Source: Balanoglossus misakiensis
Taxonomy: Eukaryota; Animalia; Hemichordata
NCBI GenBank assembly: GCA_040954595.2
Contig: CM082584.2
Coordinates: 482,281 to 546,280 of the forward strand
Direction of reading: 5' to 3'
Length of the DNA stretch: 64,000 nt
The notes beneath the pieces are model-generated. The model saw only the letters and a list, made by a program, of their open reading frames with translations. It did no database searches and was not told where the DNA came from. Below, in pieces: positions 13,001 to 25,600 of this stretch; positions within the stretch are counted from its first letter, which is position 1, and every line of letters starts with the position of its first letter. A program made the translations under genes and the position numbers.

Positions 13001-15689
13001 CATTTTCAAGGAAAATTTGGTAAAACGCAATTTTGTCTGCAGTAAGCCAAATTAGACGGTCTTTTGTGGAATTTGTATCGATATATATATACGAAGAGCA
13101 TTCTATACTCCATCAGATTTCCGAAAATGTAGAAAACAGGTATTTTTTGTAATTTTCAAAAATTTACCATTTTGACCAAATTGTGGTTAAAATTGTTATT
13201 TTCGTGTTGAATGCCGCCAGTGTCACTGCTTTTAAAAGTCGTAAAAACTTTTAACATACAAGCCATTCTTTATATATGATCAGGTCACCGAATTAAAAAA
13301 ATAAAGAATGTTTTGCCTAAAAATGACCTTTTTGGTGCAAAAACGAATAAAACGCAATTTTGTATTAAATCAGCTCATTCAGAGTGCATTTTTTATAATC
13401 AGCACCATTTTTACATATAATGGAAATTTCATACATCATCAGATATCCAAATATGAAAAAATGATTTAGATTTTAGATGATTGTCCAAAATTAGCTGATA
13501 TTTAATAAATGTAGTATTGAACCGTTCTGTCCCCCCCCCCCCTACATTATATGCGGTACGCCGATGTCAGCTTACCCGGCAGTACTGCAGGTCGTGCCCC
13601 CAACTAACGTCGGTGTTTGAAACGCCCTGGTTAAATTCGGGCTTTCTCTATAAATTGACAGGCAATAATGCAGTCCTACCCGACCAAATGTCGAGTGTTG
13701 ACCCGCTGTGACTTTCCCTCTTCGGTTTGCCCGACTTAGCCAACGTCTTTGTACTAATGTGTCGGGTCTTTTGCAGAGCCAGGCCGAAGGAAATCCGACT
13801 TGATCACCGTTGCTAACGAACGCTAGTGTCTGTCATGGTGTGCCGGGGTTTAGTCGAGCCAGGCCGTAGGAGATCTGACTTGATCATCGTGGTCAATGTA
13901 CGCGTGTTTCCGCTCTAAAGTGCCGGGGCTTCAGCTAAACCAGGCCGTAGGAAATCCGACGTAATCACCGTTGATAACTTACGCCAGTCTGTGTCATATA
14001 GAGCCGGTGCACCAGCCGAGTCACGCCGTAGGAAATCTGACTTGATCAACGTGGTCACTGTACGCCTGTTTCTGCTCTAGAGTGCCGGGGCTTCATCTGA
14101 GCCAGGCCGTAGGAAACCCGACGTGATTACCGTTGTTAACTTACGCCAGTCTGTGTCCTATATATAGTGCCGGGGCATCAGCCGTGCCAGGCCGAAGGAA
14201 ATGTGAGTAGATCAACGTGGTCTCTGTACGCGTGTTTCTGCTCTAGAGTGCCAGGGCTTTAGCCAAGCCATGCCGTAGGAAATCTGACTTGATCAACGTT
14301 GCTAACGAACGCTAGTGTCTGTCATAGTGTGCCGGGGTTTTAGTCGAGCCAAGCCGTAGGAGATCAGACTTGATCAACGTGGTCTCTGTACGCGTGTTTC
14401 TGCTCTAGAGTGCCGGGGCTTTATCCGAGCTATGCCGTAGAAAATCTGACTTGATCACCGTTGCTAACTTACGCTAGTGTCTGTCATATTGTGACGGAGA
14501 TTTAGCCGAGCCAGGCCGTAGAAAAATCGACTTTTTCAACGTTACCAGTGTGCAACTGTTTCTGCTCTAGAGTGTCAGGGTTTTAGCCGACTTGTGCTGT
14601 AGGAAATCTGAGTTGATGAACGGGAATTCAATGTTGGAAAACCCGTGTGTAAAGTATCTCTACCCGTTTGAAACTAAGAAAAGAATTTATTCTTATTTAT
14701 TTTGTAAAACAAGACAATTTTTCGAAAAAAAGTCAAAAATGGTAATTTTGTCTTGGGTCATTCAAATTATACCGCCTTTTCTGGAATTTGCAGCACTTTT
14801 TACAAGAGAACGACACTTCATGCTCCATAATATTTCCGAAAATGAAGAAAAGAGTTAATTTTTTATGATTTTTTAAAAAATTACCATTTTTGTCAAAATA
14901 TGGCCAAAATGGCTATTTTTTCTTGAATTCCGTCAATATCTCTGCATTTTTGGAGTGGTCGAAAGTTTTAACATACAATCAACATGTCATATATGATCAG
15001 GGCACCAAATTCGAAGAACAAAGTTTTTTTTAGTTTTTTTTCTAAAAATGACATTTTCAAGGAACATTTGGTAAAACGCAATTTTGTCTGCAGTGAGTCA
15101 AATTAGATTGTCTTTTGTGGAATTTGTATCGATATATACATACGAAGAGCATTCTATACTCCATCAGATTTCCGAAAATGTAGAAAACAGGTATTTTTTG
15201 TAATTTTCAAAAATTTACCATTTTGACCAAATTGTGGTTAAAATTGTTATTTTCGTGTTGAATGCCGCCAGTGTCACTGCTTTTAAAAGTCATAAAAACT
15301 TTTAACATGCAAGCAATTGCTTATATATGATCAGGCCACCGAATTAAAAAAATAAAGAATGTTTTGCCTAAAAATGACCTTTTTGGTGCAAAAACGAATA
15401 AAACGCAATTTTTGTATTAAATCAGCTCATTCAGAGTGCATTTTTTATAATCAGCACCATTTTTACATATATTGGAAATTTCATACATCATCAGATATCC
15501 AAATATGAAAAAATGATTTAGATTTTAGATGATTGTCCAAAATTACACTGCAAATTCTTCTGGCTTTCCTGCAAGCTAAATTCAAGCCAAATTCAAACCG
15601 GCTTGTTTGTCGCAAATTGGCTTCTTTCATTTCTTCAAATTTGGCTTGATTTTGGCTTGAATTTAGCTTGCTGAGTTGCCGTTTTATAT

Positions 15690-16200
15690 AACTTACCGGC
15701 TTGCTGATAGACCACAGCAAATTTAATGAGTGGTGTGTAGGCCAACCATAGTAATGAAATATGGCTTGCTGGCCTGCCATTCTATTCAGCAAATGAGCTT
15801 GAAGACACACCGATTCATTATCCAGTGGTTTGTCAACAAACCATCACAAATCTAAGGGGTTTGTATATAAACCAATGAATATATTATGATGGCTTGCATG
15901 TAAGCCACTTTCTAAAACAATGGCTTGCCAACAAACCGTCGAATAATACAAGGGGGTTGTACGTAAACCCTTAAAATTTACATTGGCTTGTCTGAAAGCC
16001 AACTTCTACTTAAAACTGGTGTGCTAGCAAACCAAACATGAATCACTTCAGTTTGCCAGCAAACCAAAAATTAGCATTTCCTGATTTGCTGACAAACTGA
16101 GAATGCTTGAGCAGTGGTTTAAAAATCAGCCACTCTGCTTGGGCTTTGGCATGTATACAAACCATTCTTACACAGAATGCAGTTTGTAAGCAAGCCAAAC
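15690..16200. repeat. Left subterminal array of palindromic GGYTT-N6-AARCC motifs, period about 32 bp
   Basis: Examples: TGGTTTGTCAACAAACCA (15826), GGTTTGTATATAAACC (15858), TGGCTTGCATGTAAGCCA (15890), TGGCTTGCCAACAAACC (15921), TGGCTTGTCTGAAAGCCA (about 15985). Confidence 0.85.
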
Positions 16201-17170
16201 ATTTGAATTGCATGTTTTGCTTCTGTTTACCTAAAAGCTATAGTTATAAATTTGGGCCATTTTTAGCATTTTTGCTCTTTCAAGTGACTGCAGTTTCTTG
16301 TTCAACTCACCAAAGCATGATGCAATGCCATTTACTAGATCCTATACACTGCCATAATTGTACAATCAGCAATTGTCAAAAAACATAATTTTAGTCCAGA
16401 CCTGAACTCATTTGCAAAGGCCAAAGTTGAGATCCCGAACCTGGGCAGTTAATCATGCTTTAAGGAGTAGAACAGAAATAAGGAGTCGATACACTGAACA
16501 AAAATACATAAAAAATAGCCCAAAGTTAGTTACTATGCCCTTAAATAACTTGGTCTTGAAGCATAACATGTGTCATAATGTGCAGCATCTTAGTACTCCA
16601 CAGTCAATGGTATGTTAACCTGTCAAAAAAGCACACCGAGAAAGATCTTTTTTGGTCAATCATTATTATTGTAATGACAATGTAAGAAAAAAGGAACAAC
16701 GGTAAATACATGGTATTATGTAAATCAAATGAATTAACCCCATAAATGATAGAAAATATATACAATAAAACTTTTATCTCATTTTCCGTTCAAGTGGTTA
16801 GGGAAAATCATTTCAATCCATCAAAAATGCCTCATTTTTTTAATCTACTGTTTGTCAAAACTGACATGAATACAGATTTCAAAGTCACCATTAAGTGTGG
16901 AAAAGTACTTTTCAATCCTCCTTTATATGCATTTGAGTATTGGAGTCATGGCATTAGCCTTGAGTATCTTCTTCCTTACACTCTCAAATAGTGAAAAACA
17001 AAAAGAGAAAACAATCTTGTTAGAAATTAACATGAGTGTATATTAGAAACAATTTCCAGCATGAAAACAACACATAACACATATGTACACAAGAAAATAT
17101 GACAATGACTCGTATGAGACATACTCAACAAAAGAAGATAGTGTCTCTCTATTTATCAATGGGGAATGAC

Positions 17171-17660
17171 CATGAGACTGACACACATACCACAAAACAC
17201 TACGATATGGTGCCATCCTAATGTTGTAGGCAGCAACCATATAAGAACATGAGACTGACCGATACAACACTACGATATGGTGCCATCCTACTGTTATAGG
17301 CAGCAACCATATGAGAACATGAGACTGACCGATACAACACTACGATATGGTGCCATCCTACTGTTATAGGCAGCAACCATATGAGAACATGAGACTGACC
17401 GATACAACACTACGATATGGTGCCATCCTACTGTTATAGGCAGCAACCATATGAGAACATGAGACTGACCGATACAACACTACGATATGGTGCCATCCTA
17501 CTGTTATAGGCAGCAACCATATGAGAACATGAGACTGACCGATACAACACTACGATATGGTGCCATCCTACTGTTATAGGCAGCAACCATATGAGAACAT
17601 GAGACTGATTGATACAACACTACAATATGGTGCCATCCTAATGTTATAGGCAGCAACCAT
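17171..17660. repeat. 70-bp minisatellite, about 7 copies, inside the CACTA-like element
   Basis: TGCCATCCTA recurs at 17211, 17281, 17351, 17421, 17491, 17561 and 17631; the central copies are identical. Confidence 0.95.
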
Positions 17661-19249
17661 GAAACACAAACATAACATGAGATACACAGCATGTAACAAA
17701 CAAGATGAAATTGATTCAATGAGCAATGCATGAAATTTCGCACCTAGAGTTTAGTGAATTGTTTCCTTTGACTATAACTGAATACATGTTACATACATGA
17801 TAGCTGGACTATATTAATAAATACAGATAGGCATGTTCCTTTAAAATTAGTTTTTAGGCATAAATAGTAAAATCTCTTCCCAAATGCAATACTGAAATTA
17901 TAACCACATGGTTGGTATTTTATAATGAAGTCCCTACAAACTAAACTGCAAAGAAAACAGATGACTAGATGACAAAAATGGATATTAAAAAAATAACAAA
18001 ATCTACTTAATTATACATACCGTGTATGCTTCAACATAAATGCTACTTGTTGACTTTTTCATATTTTTGTGGTGCCTAATAAAATAACAACTGCTCCTTC
18101 CCATAACCAGTATCACCACTCCTGCAAAACCAAGATCATTTATTTCATTCTTATGCAAATATCTGGGGTTCCGAGATCATGGTTTATCAAAAAAAAATTA
18201 TTCAGCCAATGATTTAAATATTATGGGTATCCATTGATATAGTATTGGAACACAAAACAACATTTTTATTGCGGTTACCCCCCCCCCCCCCCAATGTTGA
18301 CTTCCACTGCCACTAGCCCCACTCGAAGCTTCATATATTTGAAATATCTCTCGATCTACAAATGATCAATACAGTATAGATATTATTACATATTTTGAAT
18401 TATCTTGACTAGTAAAAGTGCATAAACAAACATGAATGGGGATGTAGGCTGCCAATAGCAAGCATGGTGAAATTCCTAGGCTATAGCGCTATAGGGCCCC
18501 ACTCCGGAGCTGCATTAAAAAAATTCTTTTGATTTGCTCAGACTTTTTTGTAACCATCCACACATGATCAATGCAGTATATAAAGGATTCAGGCCTTTTA
18601 ATAGTGACATACTTTGCATCGTCTTCGCTCACAAAAATGCATAAAAAAAATGAACGGGGATGGAGGCTGAAAATAGCAAGAATAATGAAATTCCTTTGGG
18701 GCCCCACTCCCTACTTTATCATTTTATGCTGTCAAACTTTTGACATTACTTCTTCTCACATGCTTTTCAGCTATCATCAACACATGATCAAGTCAGTATA
18801 TACAGGATTCGGGCCTGTTAATTTTGTATTATCTTCACTGCTCGCAAAAATGTAGTTACTGTCACAAAATGGAATGGAAGCAGGACTTACCCCAACCGGC
18901 ATTGTTCTATGTTACGGTCTCGTAGATGCTGGCGGTCAACTGCTAAGACATCAGATGTCATCCTTCCATAACGATGCTCGGTGCCAAAGTAATTATCCAC
19001 GCATATGGTATTTCGGTTCTACCTTAGGAACAGGTTGAGTGCATTGTAAATCGCTGAACGAATTTTATAAAGGGAACGACGTGATTCGATCGGCTTCCTC
19101 ACCCGTGGACCGTCTTCTCTCGCGTCAAAACGTTGTAGTTGTGTAATAAATAACCTTTGACCCTGCATTCGCGCGCCAAATCAGGGTATTTCGCAAGACA
19201 TTGTGCCCAGCGTGGCGTGTATATGAACCACATCCCGGCAAAGTTTTCC

Positions 19250-19600
19250 ATGGCGTGTTTTCAAACCATACTTACATCTTTTTATGGTTTGAAAAGCGAC
19301 CACTAACTCCAACGGCTTAAAATGCAGCCAAGGTTAAATATGGTACAAATTCGAGCCAGACATAAGTATCACTAAAGTTTGCGAGCAAACCAGAGATTTT
19401 GTTCAATGGCTTAATAATAAGCCATTCCAGACAGGTTGTCCAGCGGCGTATTTACAAACCATTTTTCTAACATTGACTGGCTTGCTGGCACACACCAGAA
19501 AATTTAGCGGCTTGTGGAAATACCGAAGTTTCGGCAAGTATGACGAGGTGGCTTGTCAGCAAACCCGAATGGCTTGAGTACAAACCGGCTTGTTTTTGCA
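19250..19600. repeat. Right subterminal array of the same palindromic motif
   Basis: Examples: AGTTTGCGAGCAAACCA (about 19376), TGGCTTAATAATAAGCCA (19407), TGGCTTGTCAGCAAACC (19548), TGGCTTGAGTACAAACC (19570). Confidence 0.8.
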
Positions 19601-19612
19601 GAATTTGCAGTG

Positions 19613-22600
19613 TAGCTGATATCTAATAAATGTAGTATTGAACCGTTCTGTCCCCCCCCCCTACATTATATGCGGTACGCCGATGTCAGCTTACCCGGCA
19701 GTACTGCAGGCCGTGCCCCCAAATAACGTCGGTGTTTGAAACGCCCTGGTTAAATTCGGGCTTTCTCTATAAATTGACAGGCAATAATGCAGTCCTACCC
19801 GAACAAATGTCGAGTGTTGACCCGCTGTGACTTTCCCTCTTCGGTCTGCCCGACTTAGCCAACGTCTCTGTACTAATGTGTCGGGTCTTTTGCAGAGCCA
19901 GGCCGAAGGAAATCCGACTTGATCACCGTTGCTAACGAACGCTAGTGTCTGTCATGGTGTGCCGGGGTTTTAGTCGAGCCAGGCCGTAGGAGATCTGACT
20001 TGATCATCGTGGTCAATGTACGCGTGTTTCCGCTCTGAAGTGCCGGGGCTTCAGCTAAACCATGCCGTAGGAAATCCGACGTAATCACCGTTGATAACTT
20101 ACGCCAGTCTGTGTCATATAGAGCCGGTGCACCAGCCGAGTCACGCCGTAGGAAATCTGACTTGATCAACGTGGTCAATGTACGCCTGTTTCTGCTCTAG
20201 AGTGCCGGGGCTTCAGCTGAGCCAGGCCGTAGGAAACCCGACGTGATTACCGTTGTTAACTTACGCCAGTCTGTGTCCTATATATAGTGCCGGGGCATCA
20301 GCCGTGCCAGGCCGAAGGAAATGTGAGTAGATCAACGTGGTCTCTGTACGCGTGTTTCTGATCTAGAGTGCCGGGGCTTTATCCAAGCCATGCCGTAGAA
20401 AATCTGACTTGATCACCGTTGCTAACGTACGATAGTGTCTGTCATATTGTGACGGAGATTTAGCCGAGCCAGGCCGTAGAAAAATCGACTTGTTCAACGT
20501 TACCAGTGTGCAACTGTTTCTGCTCTAAAGTCTCAGGGTTTTAGCCGACTTATGCTGTAGGAAATCTGAGTTGATGAACGGGAATTCAATGTTAGAAAAC
20601 CCGTGTGGAAAGTATATCTACCCGTTTGAAACTAAGAAAAGAATTTATTCTTATTTTTTTTCTAAAAATGACATTTTCAAGGAAAATTTGGTAAAACGCA
20701 ATTTTGTCTGCAGTGAGCCAAATTAGACGGTCTTTTGTGGAATTTGTATCGATATATACATACGAAGAGCATTCTATACTCCATCAGATTTCCGAAAATT
20801 TAGAAAACATGTATTTTTTGTAATTTTCAAAAATTTACCATTTTGACCAAATTGTGGCTAAAATTGTTATTTTCGTGTTGAATGCCGCCAGTGTCACTGC
20901 TTTTAAAAGTCATAAAAATTTTCAACATACAAGCAATTGTTTATATATGATCAGGTCACCGAATTAAAAAAAATAAAGAATGTTTTGCCTAAAAATGACC
21001 TTTTTGGTGCAAAAACGAATAAAACGCAATTTTGTATTAAATCAGCTCATTCAGAGTGCATTTTTTATAATCAGCACCATTTTTACATATAATGGAAATT
21101 TCATACATCATCAGATATCCAAATATGAAAAAATGATTTAGATTTTAGATGATTGTCCAAAATTAGCTGATATTTAATAAATGTAGTAATGAACCGTTCT
21201 GTCCCCCCCCCCTACATTATATGCGGTACGCCGATGTCAGCTTACCCGGCAGTACTGCAGGCCGTGCCCCCAACTAACGTCGGTGTTTGAAACGCCCTGG
21301 TTAAATTCGGGCTTTCTCTATAAATTGACAGGCAATAATGCAGTCCTACCCGACCAAATGTCGAGTGTTGACCCGCTGTGACTTTCCCTCTTCGGTTTGC
21401 CCGACTTAGCCAACGTCTTTGTACTAATGTGTCGGGTCTTTTGCAGAGCCAGGCCGAAGGAAATCCGACTTGATCACCGTTGCTAACGAACGCTAGTGTC
21501 TGTCATGGTGTGCCGGGGTTTAGTCGAGCCAGGCCGTAGGAGATCTGACTTGATCATCGTGGTCAATGTACGCGTGTTTCCGCTCTAAAGTGCCGGGGCT
21601 TCAGCTAAACCAGGCCGTAGGAAATCCGACGTAATCACCGTTGATAACTTACGCCAGTCTGTGTCATATAGAGCCGGTGCACCAGCCGAGTCACGCCGTA
21701 GGAAATCTGACTTGATCAACGTGGTCAATGTACGCCTGTTTCTGCTCTAGAGTGCCGGGGCTTCATCTGAGCCAGGCCGTAGGAAACCCGACGTGATTAC
21801 CGTTGTTAACTTACGCCAGTCTGTGTCCTATATATAGTGCCGGGGCATCAGCCGTGCCAGGCCGAAGGAAATGTGAGTAGATCAACGTGGTCTCTGTACG
21901 CGTGTTTCTGCTCTAGAGTGCCAGGGCTTTAGCCAAGCCATGCCGTAGGAAATCTGACTTGATCAACGTTGCTAACGAACGCTAGTGTCTGTCATAGTGT
22001 GCCGGGGTTTTAGTCGAGCCAAGCCGTAGGAGATCAGACTTGATCAACGTGGTCTCTGTACGCGTGTTTCTGCTCTAGAGTGCCGGGGCTTTATCCGAGC
22101 TATGCCGTAGAAAATCTGACTTGATCACCGTTGCTAACTTACGCTAGTGTCTGTCATATTGTGACGGAGATTTAGCCGAGCCAGGCCGTAGAAAAATCGA
22201 CTTTTTCAACGTTACCAGTGTGCAACTGTTTCTGCTCTAGAGTGTCAGGGTTTTAGCCGACTTGTGCTGTAGGAAATCTGAGTTGATGAACGGGAATTCA
22301 ATGTTGGAAAACCCGTGTGTAAAGTATCTCTACCCGTTTGAAACTAAGAAAAGAATTTATTCTTATTTATTTTGTAAAACAAGACAATTTTTCGAAAAAA
22401 AGTCGAAAATGGTAATTTTGTCTTGGGTCATTCAAATTATACCGCCTTTTCTGGAATTTGCAGCACTTTTTACAAGAGAACGACACTTCATGCTCCATAA
22501 TATTTCCGAAAATGAAGAAAAGAGTTAATTTTTTATGATTTTTTAAAAAATTACCATTTTTGTCAAAATATGGCCAAAATGGCTATTTTTTCTTGAATTC

Positions 22601-25600
22601 CGTCAATATCTCTGCATTTTTGGAGTGGTCGAAAGTTTTAACATACAATCAACATGTCATATATGATCAGGGCACCAAATTCGAAGAACAAAGTTTTTTT
22701 TAGTTTTTTTTCTAAAAATGACATTTTCAAGGAACATTTGGTAAAACGCAATTTTGTCTGCAGTGAGCCAAATTAGATTGTCTTTTGTGGAATTTGTATC
22801 GATATATACATACGAAGAGCATTCTATACTCCATCAGATTTCCGAAAATGTAGAAAACGGGTATTTTTTGTAATTTTCAAAAATTTACCATTTTGACCAA
22901 ATTATGGCTAAAATTGTTATTTTCGTGTTGAATGCCGCCAGTGTCACTGCTTTTAAAAGTCATAAAAACTTTTAACATACAAGCAAATGTTTATATATGA
23001 TCAGGTCACCGAATTAAAAAAAATAAAGAATGTTTGGCCTAAAAATGACCTTTTTGGTGCAAAAACGAATAAAACGCAATTTTGTATTAAATACCTCATT
23101 CAGAGTGCATTTTTTTATAATCAGCACCATTTTTACATATAATGGAAATTTCATACATCACCAGATATCCAAATATGAAAAAATGATTTAGATTTTAGAT
23201 GATTGTCCAAAATTAGCTGATATCTAATAAATGTAGTATTGAACCGTTCTGTCCCCCCCCCTCCCCTACATTATATGCGGTACGCCGATGTCAGCTTACC
23301 CGGCAGTACTGCAGGCCGTGCCCCCACCTAACGTCGGTGTTTGAAACGCCCTGGTTAAATTCGGGCTTTCTCTATAAATTGACAGGCAATAATGCAGTCC
23401 TACCCGAACAAATGTCGAGTGTTGACACGCTGTGACTTTCCCTCTTCGGTTTGCCCGACTTAGCCAACGTCTTTGTACTAATGTGTCGGGTCTTTTGCAG
23501 AGTCAGGCCGAAGGAAATCCGACTTGATCACCGTTGCTAACGAACGCTAGTGTCTGTCATGGTGTGCCGGGGTTTTAGTCGAGCCAGGCCGTAGGAGATC
23601 TGACTTGATCATCGTGGTCAATGTACGCGTGTTTCCGCTCTAAAGTGCCGGGGCTTCAGCTAAACCAGGCCGTAGGAAATCCGACGTAATCACCGTTGAT
23701 AACTTACGCCAGTCTGTGTCATATAGAGCCGGTGCACCAGCCGAGTCACGCCGTAGGAAATCTGACTTGATCAACGTGGTCAATGTACGCCTGTTTCTGC
23801 TCTAGAGTGCCGGGGCTTCAGCTGAGCCAGGCCGTAGGAAACCCGACGTGATTACAGTTGTTAACTTACGCCAGTCTGTGTCCTATATATAGTGCCGGGG
23901 CATCAGCCGTGCCAGGCCGAAGGAAATGTGAGTAGATCAACGTGGTCTCTGTACGCGTGTTTCTGCTCTAGAGTGTCAGGGCTTTAGCAAAGCCATGCCG
24001 TAGGAAATCTGACTTGATCAACGTTGCTAGCGAACGCTAGTGTCTGTCATAGTGTGCCGGGGTTTTAGTCGAGCCAAGCCGTAGGAGATCAGACTTGATC
24101 AACGTGGTCTCTGTACGCGTGTTTCTGCTCTTGAGTGCAGGGCTTTATCCAAGCCATGCCGTAGAAAATCTGACTTGATCAACGTTGCTAACGAACGCTC
24201 AATATTTTTAAGCGTAATTTGAAAACATACCTTTTTACTCGGTTTTATGTGTAACGTGTTCGATTGTGTCCTTTTAACTATTTTTACCAGCCTTGTATTT
24301 TTTAATCTACTGTTTTAGCTGTGCACAATGCGCTGAGACGTATGTGTAGCGCATTTTAAACAATTCTTAATAATAATAATAATAATAACGCTAGTGTCTG
24401 TCATAGTGTGCCGGGGTTTTAGTCGAGCCAAGCCGTAGGAGATCAGACTTCATCAACGTGGTCTCTGTACGCGTGTTTCTGCTCTAGAGTGCCGGGGCTT
24501 TATCCAAGCCATGCCGTAGAAAATCTGACTTGATCACCGTTGCTAACGTACGCTAGTGTCTGTCATATTGTGACGGAGATTAAGCCGAGCCAGGCCGTAG
24601 AAAAATCGACTTGTTCAACGTTACCAGTGTGCAACTGTTTCTGCTCTAGAGTGTCAGGGTTTTAGCTGACTTATGCTGTAGGAAATCTGAGTTGATGAAC
24701 GGGAATTCAATGTTAGAAAACCCGTGTGGAAAGTATCTCTTCCCGTTTGAAACTAAGAAAAGAATTTATTCTTATTTATTTTGTTAAAAAGACAATTTTT
24801 CGAAAAAAAGTCGAAAATGGTAATTTTGTCTTGGGTGATTCAAATTATACCACCTTTTCTGGAATTTGCAGCACTTTTTACAAGAGAACGACACTTCATG
24901 CTCCATAATATTTCCGAAAATGAAGAAAATAGTTAATGTTTTATGATTTTTTAAAAATTTACCATTTTTGTCAAAATATGGCCAAAATGGCTATTTTTTC
25001 TTGAATTCCGTCAATATCTCTGCATTTTTGGAGTGGTCGAAAGTTTTAACATACAATCAACATGTCATATATGATCAGGGCACCACATTTGAAGAACAAA
25101 GGTTTTTTTATTTTTTTTTCTAAAAATGACATTTTAAAGGAAAATTTGGTAAAACGCAATTTTGTCTGCAGTGAGCCAAATTAGACGGTCTTTTGTGGAA
25201 TTTGTATCGATATATACATACGAAGAGCATTCTGTACTCCATCAGATTTCCAAAAATGTAGAAAACAGGTATTTTTTGTAATTTTCAAAAATTTACCATT
25301 TTGACCAAATTGTGGCTAAAATTGTTATTTTCGTGTTGAATGCCGCCAGTGTCACTGCTTTTAAAAGTCATAAAAACTTTTAACATACAAGCAATTGTTT
25401 ATATATGATCAGGTCACCGAATTAAAAAAATAAAGAATGTTTTGCCTAAAAATGACCTTTTTGGTGCAAAAACTAATAAAACGCAATTTTGTATTAAATC
25501 AGCTCATTCAGAGTGCATTTTTATAATCAGCACCATTTTTACATATAATGGAAATTTCATACATCATCAGATATCCAAATATGAAAAGATGATTTAGATT

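Larger units (their letters stand above)
1..15545. repeat. Composite ~2.05-kb macrosatellite, segment 1 (left of the CACTA-like insertion)
   Basis: Near-identical units; poly-C landmarks at about 951, 3006, 5327, 7218, 9430, 11318 and 13531; the same short ORFs recur at about 2-kb spacing. Confidence 0.97.
15546..19612. mobile_element. Non-autonomous TIR DNA transposon, CACTA/EnSpm (CMC)-like, 4067 bp
   Basis: 13-bp perfect TIRs CACTGCAAATTCT / AGAATTTGCAGTG; TA duplicated at 15544-15545 and 19613-19614; other units show the empty site AATTAGCTGAT; subterminal repeats at both ends; no transposase ORF. Boundaries are clear. The superfamily is inferred from the CAC termini, 2-bp TSD and subterminal repeats. 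Confidence 0.85.

Noticed and set aside
15481-18855. Short ORFs inside the CACTA-like element as transposase or cargo
   Set aside because: No CACTA transposase motifs were recognised; several simply translate the subterminal or 70-bp repeats.
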